From Eledone cirrhosa (Eukaryota), in contig OZ024740.1 of assembly GCA_964016885.1 (NCBI GenBank), positions 229,958,001 through 230,022,000 on the forward strand: 64,000 nucleotides of DNA, read 5' to 3'. This document shows, piece by piece, positions 46,345-60,100 of the stretch. The position numbers and the translations under genes are program-made. A model generated the notes under the pieces. The model made no database searches. It worked only from the letters and a program-made list of their open reading frames with translations, and was not told where the DNA came from. Numbering within the stretch: position 1 is the stretch's first letter; each line of letters starts with the position of its first letter.

Positions 46345-46346
<2 letters not shown>
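45949..46346 (-). mobile_element. ~340-bp retrozyme-like monomer with ~55-bp direct terminal repeat; HHR 46116-46161
   Basis: aatcgtc-CTAACGA-gcac..gttc-GAAA-tgca-TC-gacgatt (G5A change); repeat 45949-46004 / ~46290-46345. Confidence 0.75.
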
Positions 46347-46378
<32 letters not shown>

Positions 46379-46382
<4 letters not shown>

Positions 46383-46560
46383 TAAAAGAGAAAACACAGG
46401 TAAGCATTAAGAGAAGGGTTTTATCCAGGTATTTACGACCGTTTCATTGGTAAGTAAGTGCAACCTTATATTGCTATACTGCAAGTAGCAGCCACTCAAT
46501 TATAATTGTTGTTCACGTCCAAATTTTCAAAATAGTGAGTAAGTTACTCTTGAAATAGTT
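46379..46560 (-). repeat. Left inverted arm with U3-A8 HHR (46430-46534)
   Basis: Reverse complement of 51559-51736. Confidence 0.85.
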
Positions 46561-48339
46561 CGTAACTACCCTTGCAAACAACACCTGACAACTAAGGGAA
46601 AGTAACCATCAATACACCCTGAGGTGAAAAAAATTATCGAACGCGCCCCAATATCGGAGTGGTATGAGAAGCTGTCGATTATGTGACCTTGAGCTGTTCC
46701 ACATTTTGAGTTCGAAGAATAAGTTACTCAACAATAAAATCGAAAGATCAATTTATTGTAACCATAGACTCAAAGAAAAGTTTTCGCACTACAAGTGCAA
46801 ATCGAACCCTTAACCTCTTACTACCAACTGACAAACTGCATATACTTAGACTTTATACCCTCTTATTGTATCTAAACCCACAAAAACCAATACCTATATC
46901 CCTCCTTTCTCCTTCATTCCTCTTCTATTTCTTCGTTTTCTTCCTTCCTTCCCTCCCATTTTTGGTTATCTTTTCTTTTCTTCTTTCTCCCCCCCCCCTT
47001 CTTTGCTTTTATTTTTGTCATTATTATTTTTATCTTTATTTTTTATATATATATTTATCTCTTTATATCTCCCCCTCTCTCTCTCTCTCTCTCTCTCTCC
47101 ATCCCTCCCACTATGATCAATTTAATTCTCTTTAACTCACTACATTCGACGACATGAAGTCTACATATCAAAACTGATCAAGGAATCCTTCCACCTCTAC
47201 CCCTTCCTCCATCTCAGTTTGTCACTCTACTTCCTATTTAATTTTGTACCAGAAATCTTATAGTCAGAAAAGAAAATGGCTAGAAAATAACAGCCAAATA
47301 ACTTCACCACCAGCACCAGCACCACCGCCGCCGCCACCATCACCATCACCACTACCACAAAAGATCTTGCCAAATACAGACCAGCACCATCCCTATGGCG
47401 CTGCTGTCCCATCACCACCGCTGCCGCTGCATCGTCGCTGCCGCCACTGTTCTCTCACTGCTTCAGAGATACCGCTATGCATGAAGGGAAGCGAGCAAGG
47501 TATCAAAAGATATAAATTGACTGGGTTAGTGACTCGGTCAAACAGCTAACAACAACAACAACAACACCAAAATAATTATGTTGTTGTATCTCTAAACTCT
47601 CTCAAAATGTTTAGTTTAAACGCTGTCAAATCTAATTGTTTTGAAAAAGATAAATTAAAGGAGAGGAACTTCAAACATCACTGGAACTTCAAACATCACT
47701 GGTGACAACTCGCTATATCATACTAAAAGAAGAGAAATAAATAAAGAAATATATAGAAATATATATTTTTGTAAATAAGACAATAGAACCGCGTGGAAAT
47801 GGAAGCACCAGTTGAAACATAAGTTTTAAATCTCCGAAGCCGTTTATGAAAGTATTGAAGAAGACAAGAAAACACACTTCGATCTTCCGGCGTAGAAGAG
47901 GCTCCTATCAGAAGAAACCGTCACCGAATCATCATTTTTCTTACCTGTTGTACAAACCTGGCTGGACACAGAACACTGCACAAACATTCTAATAATTCTA
48001 TAGAGTTATGAAATAATACATATGAATAAGCCATAGATGATGAACATCATTAAGTAATGTCAGTTTCATGAGGAGATAAAACGCCTCCATCTTTTTGAAG
48101 AGGAAAATTAAAAAAAAAATTGATTATAAATCCTGGAAAACTGTATGTCCGGTATTGGTAAAAAAAAAAAAATGGGAAAAAAAAAAAAATCACAAGGGAT
48201 TGACACTCCAAATTCACTATTTCCCTTTTACTTTGCTCCACTTTTCAAATTGAATGACACGACGGTTCAGTTATATTCAAATATTGTAAGCGCGTCCATT
48301 GAGAATATCGTCTTTGACAAACCGCTCAGTTGCTCGCAT

Positions 48340-51300
48340 GTGTGTGTGCTGAATTCTGGGTCTTTCCGCTGGGAACAACCCCTTGCTCCCCCCTCCCCCC
48401 ACTTTTTTTTGTGTACATCCATCCATTCACTCACTCATTTACTGCCATTGTACATTCCTGTGTCTCCCCCTCCATGCAGGCCCCTTTTCGCTCTCGTTTT
48501 CTGGCACCTCCATATATATAGGTGAGCTAAGCTGCCCTCTTACCTGCATTTTCCCTTCCAACCACACACACCAGTCACCCACCCCTGATGCCGCTCGGTG
48601 CCCCAGTCCCCGGCCCCACGCCCCATCCACCACCACTCCAAATCGACACCTGCAGCACTTGCGGCACTACTAACAAACGGAAAAGGGGTCGGAACTGTTT
48701 GGGGTGCGGCTGCTACCACCACCTCACCTGCGTTGGCTTGACTCATCGAGCTTCCGATGCCCTCGTAGCGTGGAGGTGCAGGAGCTACCTCTTCCCCCCA
48801 CGTCTTCCCAGCCACGACCGTCTGGCACACCACCAGATGGGACAGCGAGCTTGCCTGACGCCCGAGCCTCGCTGGTCAACATCGCTCGGCTCGCTTCCTC
48901 GATTGAGAGCGCCCTGGACTCCAATCGAGCCAGTGACTGGGAGCGGCTGTTCTATTTCGCCCCACACGCCCTCGGCCTCCCTAGCTCTGGCCCTGACCGG
49001 GGCGGCCGGTCAGCAGCAGCCTTCGTCAAGGCCAATGTCTCGTCATTTGGGCGAGCGCCCATTCCAAGCGAGCCCAGGGACGCCACACACCCCACCCTCA
49101 GGTACCCCCTATCCTCCACCCCCGAGGCCAGCGCCAAGCGTTTGCGTTACCAGGTAAACGCAAAGCTTATCATGGGTGATGTCTCGGCCGCAGTCAGAGT
49201 TGTTGCCTCAGAGGACACTGTCCTCCAACCTACCGAGGAGATCCTGGCTGCTCTGCGGCTCAAACACCCTGAGCCACCCACTGATCTCAGACCCATACCC
49301 CAACCCGACCCCCACCTGCTCCTTGTGGCTACTGATGCAGATATCATGTCCGCCATCAGGTCCTTCCCAGCTAGCAGCTACGGAGGTGTTGATGGTCTCC
49401 GACCAGGCCACCTCAGGGAGTTGATATCCCCCTCTCCACTGAGGCCGGGCGCCGCCTTCTGAGTGCAATTGTGGCGCTCACCAATAGGCTCATTCATGGT
49501 GCTCTCGACCCTTACGCCCCAGGCCTCTTTTTTCCGGTCAGCCTCACCGCTCTCAGGAAGAAAGAGGGTGGCATACGCCCCATTGCTGTGGGCAATGTCT
49601 TCCGGAGGCTGGCTGCCAAGGTGATCTGCAAGTCCGTCACACATGAACTGGGTGAGGAGTTTAGTCCGGTGCAACTGGGTGTTGGCGTGTCCGGTGGCTG
49701 TGAGGGGGCCTCTCATGTAATCAGGCAGTTCTTCAGCAGCTGCCCATCGGTACCGGCATCCAGGGACTCCAGGCACCTCATTGTCAAGCTTGACATGAGG
49801 AATGCCTTTAACTCTTTACGCCGGGATCATCTGCTCGAGGCCTGCCTCAGCCGAGCCACCTCTGCCTACTCGCTGGCCTACCTGTCATATGGAGCCCCGA
49901 GCATGCTCCTAGCTGCTGATATGGTCATACCCTCGGCTACTGGGGTCCAACAGGGCGACCCTTTGGGACCCCTCCTGTTCGCCCATGGTATTGACCACAA
50001 CTCGGCCAAGTAAGAGGTGGTGAACGTCAGCCTCGATGCTGTGAGCTTTGCAGCCTCCGTCTTGGACGTGCGGTCCATTCTCAGCCAGGTTCAGGTGACC
50101 CCCAAAGAGGATGTCCTCATCCTCGGGTCACCAATCCACCCGCCGGCCATCCGCTCCACCATCAGGTCCAGCCTTCAACAGCTCCAGACTCTCACGAGCA
50201 ACTGGGCTTGATTGACGGCCACCCAGCTCTCTTTCTGCTGAGGAACTGCTTCGCCATGCCGAAGCTCCTCTATACACTCCGCAGCACTCCATGCTACACC
50301 CAGACATCTCTCCTCGCTGACCTCGATACTTGTATCCGAGCAGCAGCCGAGGGGATATGCAACGTCAAGTTTGACGACATAGGGTGTCAACAGGTCACTT
50401 TACCGGTCAAGTATGGCGGCCTAGGCCTCCGGTCCCCGATCTCACTAGCTTTACCGGCTTATCTTTCGTCGGTAACCTCGTGCCGCGTCCTCGTCGGCAG
50501 GGTTCTTCAAAACACAACAGAACCCTCTGTGTTCAGAGAACGTGAGGCCGCCTGTGAGACGTGGGACCGGCTGGGACTTAGCCCAGTAGACGTCCCTCCT
50601 CCTTCTCCCCCTGTTGACGTCAAGTCCCCCAACGCACTTGGGATGCCATCCAGTGCAGCCTGGCCTCAGACAGGCTCAAGCGCAAGCTCGACCAGCACCG
50701 CCTTGCTTGTTTTCGTGCGGCCTCCAAACCTCACAGTGGTGCCTGGCTCCATGCTCTGCCCTCCTTCTCCACTGGCACGCAGCTAGACAACCATAGTCTG
50801 CGAATCGGCGTTTCCCTGAGGCTCGGCCTCCGGATCTGCCAGCCACACCAACGTCGCTGCGGTTCCACCGTGGACTCTTTCGGCCTCCACCCGCTTTCCT
50901 GTCGCCAAAGTGCCGGCCGCATTCCACACCATACTACCCTCAACGAGGTCATTAAGCATGGCTTGGACGCTGCAGGCTTTCCTTCCCAGTTCGAGCCGGA
51001 GGGGCTGGATCGAGGGGACGGCAAAAGGCCAGATGGCATGACCATCTTCCCATTCCGCGGTGGCAAACCTCTCGTCTGGGATGCCACTTGCACCGACACT
51101 TTCAGGCTGAGTGGGGCAAACTCCTCAAATACCGGTCGCTCTCCGACAGGTTTTCGGTCGTTCCCCTGGCAGTGGAAACTTCTGGTGTCCTCGGCCCCAG
51201 GGCTACCGCCTTACTCACCACCATAGGCGCTGAGCTGGCCAGCCGTAAGTGTGAGCCCCGCGAGTTGGAGTGGCTTTTCCAGCGCGTCTCCCTTGCCGTC

Positions 51301-51540
51301 CTCCGGGGAAACGCCTACTCCATTCTGTCCGCCGGGGCTGTGGGTGGGCCCCATCGCGTACCATTACATTAGTTAAATACCATTCTGTCGTTTCATATAA
51401 TGATTTCCGTTATGATTAAAAACTTATTTCCTAACTCTTTTTCCCCTTCCTCTCTCTCTTTACTATTCCGTTTGTCCTCTCACCTTCTAATTCCTCTTCC
51501 TCTCTCTCTATACTAGTAAATACAATTCCCCCCAAAAATG
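48340..51540 (+). mobile_element. CRE-clade non-LTR retrotransposon (PHD finger, RT, RLE), degenerate
   Basis: CxxC..CxxC..HxxC..WxC; GGIRPIAVG..RRL; QLGVG; DMRNAFN; GVQQGDPLGP; GGLG; SGAWL; RPDG..WD; LQRGNA-like VLRGNA. Outer boundaries approximate. Confidence 0.88.
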
Positions 51541-51558
51541 TTTTTCTCTATATATTAA

Positions 51559-51870
51559 AACTATTTCAAGAGTAACTTACTCACTATTTTGAAAATTTGG
51601 ACGTGAACAACAATTATTATTGAGTGGCTGCTATTTGCAGTATAGCAATATAAGGTTGCACTTACCAATGAAACGGTCGTAAATATCTGGATAAAATCCT
51701 TCTCTTAATGCTTACCTGTGTTTTCTCTTTTATACTTTATACTCCAAGATTGAACGGAATTCTTACAAACTAGTGGAGTTACCCCTAACCGTACGTTGAA
51801 ACCGTCCATGAGACTGGCTTTATTAACCACGAACTGGATGACAATAAGCAATTTTCTGCTTCCCTAACTA
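51559..51870 (+). mobile_element. Right arm plus tail with U3-A8 HHR (51585-51685)
   Basis: tatt-TTGAAAA-t-ttgg...ccaa-t-GAAA-cggtcg-TA-aata. Confidence 0.82.
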
Positions 51871-51876
51871 ACTATG

Positions 51877-51954
<78 letters not shown>

Positions 51955-52046
51955 TAGCCGTCGAAACGGCTTGAGCTCAGCCGTCGGGGTCTTACTTGTC
52001 CTATATATATATATATATATATACAGTATATATGAATATATATATT

Positions 52047-52130
<84 letters not shown>

Positions 52131-52449
52131 TATAGATATACATACATGTATACATATATATACATATATATATATATACACTTAAGGTAAATGTTGATGC
52201 AATTCAATTCAAGCACTCAACATACTTTTTCCACCTAGGAGTGACGTAGTATATATCGAATAAGAAAAAGCGTAGTGTCAGATGTTCAAGTCCTTTAATG
52301 ATAATTATATATATATATTTATACATATATATGTACATATATATATACAGTATATATATATATATTTATACATATATATATATGCACACACACACATATA
52401 AATATCACCTTGATCACCTTGACCGACCAGTCTGTTGGGCGCCAATATA

Positions 52450-52485
<36 letters not shown>

Positions 52486-52545
52486 TGTATATATGTATGT
52501 ATGTATGTATATATGTGTGTGTATGTATGTATGTATGTATGTGTG

Positions 52546-52611
<66 letters not shown>

Positions 52612-52677
52612 TATATACATATGTATGTATATATACATATATATATACATATATATATGTACATATAAATATATATG

Positions 52678-53259
<582 letters not shown>

Positions 53260-53294
53260 ATATATATGTATATATATATATATTTATATATATA

Positions 53295-53378
<84 letters not shown>

Positions 53379-53548
53379 CATATATATATATACATATAGG
53401 TCAATACTCATCTTTTTCCATTTCTCCGAGGGTTGTTAACCTCACTATCAGGCTAAATAATCTCTTTAATTTGTTTAGACACAATACGGCGTTAGCTTAC
53501 ATTTCTAATAATTTCAAACCCACTTGCTGTTTCGAAAATATTCTTACT

Positions 53549-53585
<37 letters not shown>

Positions 53586-53592
<7 letters not shown>

Positions 53593-54127
53593 GTGAGGTT
53601 TTTTTTTACAAAATGAAAAATAACCGAGGTGTCCTACACGAGTGGAAGTATAAAGAAAAAGAGATGAAATCGAAAATGCAACTGAAGTCTTATTTTTTTT
53701 TTAAATATATATATTTATTTGGTTCCTTTACCGGGTTCCCAGTTCTTCTGCTTTTCAAAAGGTGAGTTGAGATGGAGGTCTGTGGTTTTTCTCACATATA
53801 TATATACGTACATACATATATGTATACAGACGTACAGTAGTATGTATATATATATATATACATACATGTACACACATATATATGTACGTATCGGTTTACC
53901 GAACATTTATTATAATGATCGGTTTGTTTGTAAACATTATAATAAATGTAAATATTATAATAAATGTTCGGTAAACCGATACGTACATATATATATATGT
54001 GTACATGCATGTATATATATACATACTACTGTATGTCTGTATACATATATGCATGTACGTATACATACTTATATTTAAGTAACAGCCGTACTAAGAGTGA
54101 GAAATGAAATTTCGTTTCATTTTTTCC

Positions 54128-54128
<1 letters not shown>
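53586..54128. mobile_element. Chimera: fragment of the 9.5-kb family joined to a family A fold-back
   Basis: 53586-53795 matches 9430-9638; ~53800-53940 and 53955-54128 are inverted family A pieces. Confidence 0.8.
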
Positions 54129-54209
<81 letters not shown>

Positions 54210-54215
<6 letters not shown>

Positions 54216-54399
54216 TGTTTCTACTTTAGGCACAAGGCCAGCAAATACCAAGTTTATTACTGGTACTTTATTTTATCGACCCCGTAAGGATGAAAGGCAA
54301 AGTCAACCTCGGCGGTATTTGAACTCAGATCGTAAAGGGACGTAACTATGCTGGAAAGCATGGCGTCCGACCCTCTACCGATACTGCCAATCCACCGCC
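54210..54399 (-). mobile_element. Nin-domain SINE
   Basis: Full length. Confidence 0.88.
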
Positions 54400-54548
54400 T
54401 TATATATATAATATTGCCCTAAGGACAGACACTGGTCTGTTGGAGACGCAGGACATAGCAGCGATAATGAGGGACAGAGACCGCTGGAGAGAACTCGTCC
54501 ATGGATCTCGGGAATTTTACCCGCCTTAGATAGATAGATATATAATAT

Positions 54549-55160
54549 GGTGGTGGCTGCCAACTCGTTTTCGAGGGCGGCCACTACTTTATAGCCATGT
54601 AGGAGAACCCCTACCGATGCACTGAACGAGTGTGACTTTTTAGTCCAGCCAGCGACTTGAAAACTCTGGTACAAACACTACACCTGTGACAATTATTGAC
54701 ACATAGTGCTAGGCCCATGGTACCATGTGACGACAAGTGCAGAGAGATCTCCAGATATAAAGCAATGCCTGTGCTGTGAAGCTTTTATAGTGAGCAAAGG
54801 CACTGCACAAAGCCAGTCCCACTCTCTTAACCAAGATGATATTTACCAAAAAGAAGAACAAGTCAACATCATTGGATACCATCAGGGTTGCAGGTGTTAT
54901 ATCGGAGTTTTCCTTCTCCTAGAATACTGCCTTGACAAAGGCTAAGGGGTCATCTCTCACGGTGATTTTAGATGGCCATTGACTCTTAAGAGCTGCTTTG
55001 CCCTTCGACATGTTTTGTTTTTAGTCCTGCAGGATGTCCAAAGTCACCCTCCTCACCAAGAAACCTTGGTGGGGTTGCCAGTTTAGTCGCCAACGATCCG
55101 ACCATGGGACAGGTTGTACAGGGATACATGTTACCAGTAGCACCAACTGGTGACCTGACA
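54549..55160 (-). mobile_element. Bipartite RTE-derived element
   Basis: Copy of 28598-29205. Confidence 0.82.
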
Positions 55161-55170
55161 TACATATATA

Positions 55171-55205
<35 letters not shown>

Positions 55206-55837
55206 AACATACACACAACACTTCTCAATCAGAAGTAGTGTTAGGATGAATTGAATATATTTACAGACAATCAAATAACAAATAATTACACTAAACAATT
55301 AATTGATCAGGAATCATGTAAATTAATCAATCAGACAAATAGTTGATCTAGCAATCTGTCAAACACTCAATCAAACAAGTCATCACACAACTATTCAGCC
55401 CGATAATCAATTAATTAAATAATCAAGAAATCTAATCAGTAGGAAATCGATTTCAACATTTCAACAAACGAAACTATGAGACAGACAGCCGGACGGATAG
55501 ATAAAGATAGATAGATAGACAGATAGAGAGAGAGAGATAGAGAGAGAGAGAGGGGGGAGAGAGAGAGAGAGAGAGAGAGAGCAAGAGGAAGAAATAGACA
55601 GGAGGGGGGAGAGAGACAGGCAGATAGACTGATAGATAGATAAACAGATAGATAGATAGATAGATAGAGAGAGAAAGAGTGTGTGTGTGTGCAAGAGAGA
55701 GAGAGTGTGTGTGTGTGTGTGCAAGAGAGAGAGAGAGAGTGTGTGTGTGCAAGAGAGAGAGAGTGTGTGTGAGTGCAAGTGTGAGAGAGTGTGTGTGTGT
55801 GTGTGTGCAAGAGCGAGCCAGACAGATAGATTTCTTT

Positions 55838-56022
55838 ATTAATTGTTTCTACTTTTGGCACAAGGCCAGTAATTATTTCAGTGTATTACTGGTACTTTAT
55901 TTATCAACCCCGTAAGGATGAAAAGCAAAGTTAACCTCGGCGGGATTTGAACACAGTCCATAAAGGGCCGTCACTCTATGTTGCAAAGCATGGCGTCCGA
56001 TGCTGTACCAATACTGCCAATC
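55838..56022 (-). mobile_element. Nin-domain SINE
   Basis: Reverse complement of the SINE. Confidence 0.85.
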
Positions 56023-56027
56023 GACCG

Positions 56028-57035
56028 ATAGATAGATATATTTCTTTATTTGATGGTATATATTTTTATTTTATTTTTTGTGTCCTTTTTCCCATGTACG
56101 TAGGGAATGCTTTTTCACACCATTGGTGTCACAGAATGTTTTGGGGCGAGTGCCTCGCTTTTAAACAGTACGGAAATACTTCCGTACTGTTTTCCTCGTT
56201 GAAGAAAGTCAATATTTTCTAGAGTCCTTCAAGCTAGCTTCTATGTCTCCTTGACTCACAAATATTAGCTTTCTCGTTGTGTTTGAGACAGTGCTGAAGG
56301 TCACTGTCCTTCGAACTGTCTCTTCTTTTATTTCGAGGGGTGAGTTGATTCTAAACCCACCCTTGTCTTCGAAAGTTACAAATTTTCTCCCTTGCTGGAG
56401 CATATCTCTTGCATTGGAGATGTCAAGATTTATAAAATCTTGTTTTTTGTTAACTGTTTCAGCGAAAGACATTTTTTTTTGTGGTGTTGCTGTGGTTGTT
56501 GTTGTTGTTGTTGTTGTTATCGTTGTTAGCCTCGGTGTTGGAAATCGGAATTTCTTGACGAGGTGAAATTTTATCTGTAGATGTATCTATTGAGTTGTTG
56601 TTGGCTGTTTCATGTCTTTGTATATTAATAGGTTCAATTCCTGTGTTTTCCTGTGTATGTTGTGTGTTATTTTTCTCCGCTTCGACGGTAGAAATTTTAA
56701 AATGTTCAAGTGGCAATATTATTTTTTCTTTGTTGACAGTCGTCTCCATGGCGACGACCATAGTGGCAGAAGCAGATATAACGTTAATATCTGCCTTACT
56801 ACCCCTCTTCTCTCTGTTAACGTTCTCCGGCGCTCTTTCCGAGTTATTCATGTTTTATAGTCGGCAAAATTTGAATTTTTTAAAACAATTTTTAAATTAA
56901 ATTTTCGCCCTTAAAGGAGCGAAAAATGGGATTACCACCCAGCTACAAAATGATATGTTTTTTCAAACAATTAGTTCAGTTTTTTTTGTATAGAAATTTA
57001 CAAAAAAGCTTACTAGCGATGTTCCACGCGTCAGG
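56028..57035 (-). mobile_element. L1/Tx1 derivative: 5' UTR plus ORF1 N-terminus only
   Basis: RINSPLEIKEETVRRTVTF..SQGDI aligns by eye with SINSPPELKKQTELRTVVF..SQAEI at ~62100-62225. Confidence 0.65.
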
Positions 57036-57064
57036 CAGATAGGGAGATAAATAGATAAATAGAC

Positions 57065-57148
<84 letters not shown>

Positions 57149-57149
<1 letters not shown>

Positions 57150-60100
57150 TGTTTCTTTTTATTTGCCACCAGGACATCAAAAAGTGGGACAAGTACAATG
57201 GGGGAGTTTACATGAAAAGGCGAGTAAAGAAAATAAATAACAAATATAAAATTAACAATAAACTTAACAATAAGTCCTCAATAGGGAGGGGGAGTTTGGG
57301 GGGGTCACACACACCCCCGAAAAAAATGTGCAACCCCTTCTCCACAGGAGCACAGAGAGATGGTGCTCCCTCGTTCCTTTCTCTTTTCCACCTACAGGCT
57401 TATGTAAAGAGAAGGCCCATTCACACGGGCCATTCTCGCCACTTTCACCCCCCTTTCATAAAAACGACTGGGGGGGAGCACCTCTCTCTCCATCCTGATC
57501 CTTCTTCCGAAATGATATCGGACCAGTTGTTGGCCAGAGAGAAAGGTGCCTGACCTCAGTCCTTTCAGACGCGTCCACCATACAACCTCTTTCACCATGG
57601 CCATTACGCACAGAAACACCGCCTCTCCTTCATTTTTGAAGGGGGGAGGCGGCTTGATCGTTACAATAGACTCGGTGGTCAACCGGATCGGTCCCACCCT
57701 TGACAGCAGTTGTTCGACATAGCCCCACAGATCGGCTACGCCCGAGCAGTGTACCAATGCGTGTGCAACGGTTTCCTCGTCGCACACGCATCTGGGACAG
57801 TTCTTTTTGGCGGGGTCCCTACCCGGGCGCCCATGTCTGTAGAGCTTTTCTCGAACGGGTAGAGCCCCTCGGTAGCACTGCCAGGCCAGGGACTTCTGGA
57901 AGTTGTCCATAGGTCTCGGGCTGAATGTCCTACTGAACAGGCTGGCCAGTTCGTCTTCCTCCATGTCTAGGGCTTCTCCGAGGGCGTCGTCGCACCTGCT
58001 GCGTACCAGCCCTCTATAGAATGTTGCGGTGGAGTCTCCACTGATAACCGGATCTGCCTGCCAGAGGACGGTGAGCGCCTGGGCACACTCAGTGTGCCAG
58101 GCGCCCAGTTTTCTCGGTCTTTGCTTGACCCAGGATTGCAGCTCGGTGAGTGAGACGAGTCTGGGAAAGGTTCGTCTCACAAACGAGGCTCACACCGGTT
58201 GACCGGTGAGGAATACGTGGAGGTGTCGTAGCCTTAATGCGTGTTTACGCATCATTAGCCACGGCATCCCCAGCCCTCCTTTCGAAGGGCGTTGACAGCA
58301 GATGGATCTCCTCACCAAAGGAGCCCGCCTCTTCCAAAGGAAATAAAAGAGGGCGCGCTCCATTTTGGCGAGGGTTTCCCTTGGGCAAGGCACGACGGTC
58401 AGGCGGTAGTAGATGACGGACGCTATATAGGTGTTCGCCACCTCCGCCCGACCTTTCAGGGATAGTTTGCAACTGGCCCACTTCTGGGTCAGTGCAAACA
58501 CCCTGTTCGTAACCTCTGCCCAGTTCTTCTCCACCTGGAGGTCTGGTCCGAACCAGACCCCCAGCAACTTCACCGGGCCCTCCGTCCAGCGTCCGACGAC
58601 GCCATTGGAGGGCATCGGTTTGCCCCTCCACGTGCCGAGTTGCAAACCGATCGACTTGTCCCGGTTCAGCTTAGCCCCTGTGAACGTTTCGTACTCCTCC
58701 AGTAAGGTGCCGATCGCCCTGATTTCGGAGGCCGTCGACACCATTACTGTCACGTCATCGGCGTAGGCCGACACCGCTTTCCGCAATCCCGGTTCCAAAG
58801 GGATGCCCTGCAACAACTCCAACTTCTGCAGTAGTGGCTCGAGAGTCAATACATACAGAAGGGAGGAGAGAGGGCACCCTTGTCGGATGGACCGCGCGAT
58901 TTCGAACGGCTCAGAGAGGTAGCCGTTAACCTTGACTCTAGAGCAGATGCAGCTGTTGTGCATAGCAGTGATCCAGCCCCTGAAAACGGGTCCGAAGCCT
59001 GCCGCCGCTAGCACCGCATCCAGGTAACCATGGTCGACCCTATCGAACGCCTTAGATTGATCCAAGTTGATCAGAGCCCCACCAAAGCCGGGTTCGTTCC
59101 CAACCCTCTCTATGATGTATCGCATGAGGTGGAGGTTGTCATGGATGAACCTGGACGGGATAGCACATGTCTGCGCATCTCCCACCAGGTTGCCCACGAC
59201 AAGCGCCAACCTCTTTGCTAGCACCTTAGTCAAAATCTGTAACTCTGTATTTAGCAGAGTTTTGGGCCTGAAGTTACTTATTTCGTCCCCCTTGTTCTCG
59301 TCCTTCCTCACTAGCGTGACTACGCCCTTGGTCATAGCACAGGGAATTCTCCCGTTCTGTTGCCAGTTGCAGTAGACCGCCTCGAGGAGATTGGGGAACA
59401 AGTCCGGCATAGCTAGATATAGTTCGTATGGAAGACCATCGAGACCCGGGGATTTGCGTTTGCCGCATTGGCTCAGCACGTCCTCTATCTCAGCGGCTGG
59501 AACGGCTCCTCGCAGGACTTCGCCTCCCTGTCCGAGAGACGCGGCAGGCCGTCGAGGTATGGACCGAAGTCCACATCCCCAACCGGCTCCCCGCCCCTTC
59601 CGAACAATCGGGCAAAGTGCTTTTGAAAGGCCTCACACATCTGCTTAGGTTCAAGGATCCCCCGTCCATCCTGGTCTCGCAAAGACCGGATGGTGGATTT
59701 AGTTCCACTCTTGGCTTCTGTCACGCGGGCCCAGCTAAGAGCTTTGGTCCCCTCGTTCCCTAGAGCACGTATTTTACTTCGGACAACGCAGCCTTCGTGC
59801 TTCGCGTCGAAAAACTGGCTCAAAGTCGTTCTCGACGCTAGCACTCTGGCCACGTCGCCGCTTCTAATTGCCTCTTCTACTCTATCTATCAGCTCCCTTT
59901 CCTTCCTATTCCTATCCGCAGCTAGAACCTTACTGAATTCTATCGAGACTAATCTAATCTCTCTCTTTAGAGATACCCACCACCTGCTGTTGACGATCGT
60001 TCCAGTCAACCGCTCCTTAACTAACGTACTAATCCGGTCCCTGTAAGCTTTACTTGCCGGTAAGGACAAGTTCAGCTTCCAGTAACCGGGGCCCTGTCTA

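Noticed and set aside
47760-48110. Possible host exon on the minus strand (CAG|GTAAG near 47945)
   Set aside because: No recognisable protein similarity or sustained open frame.
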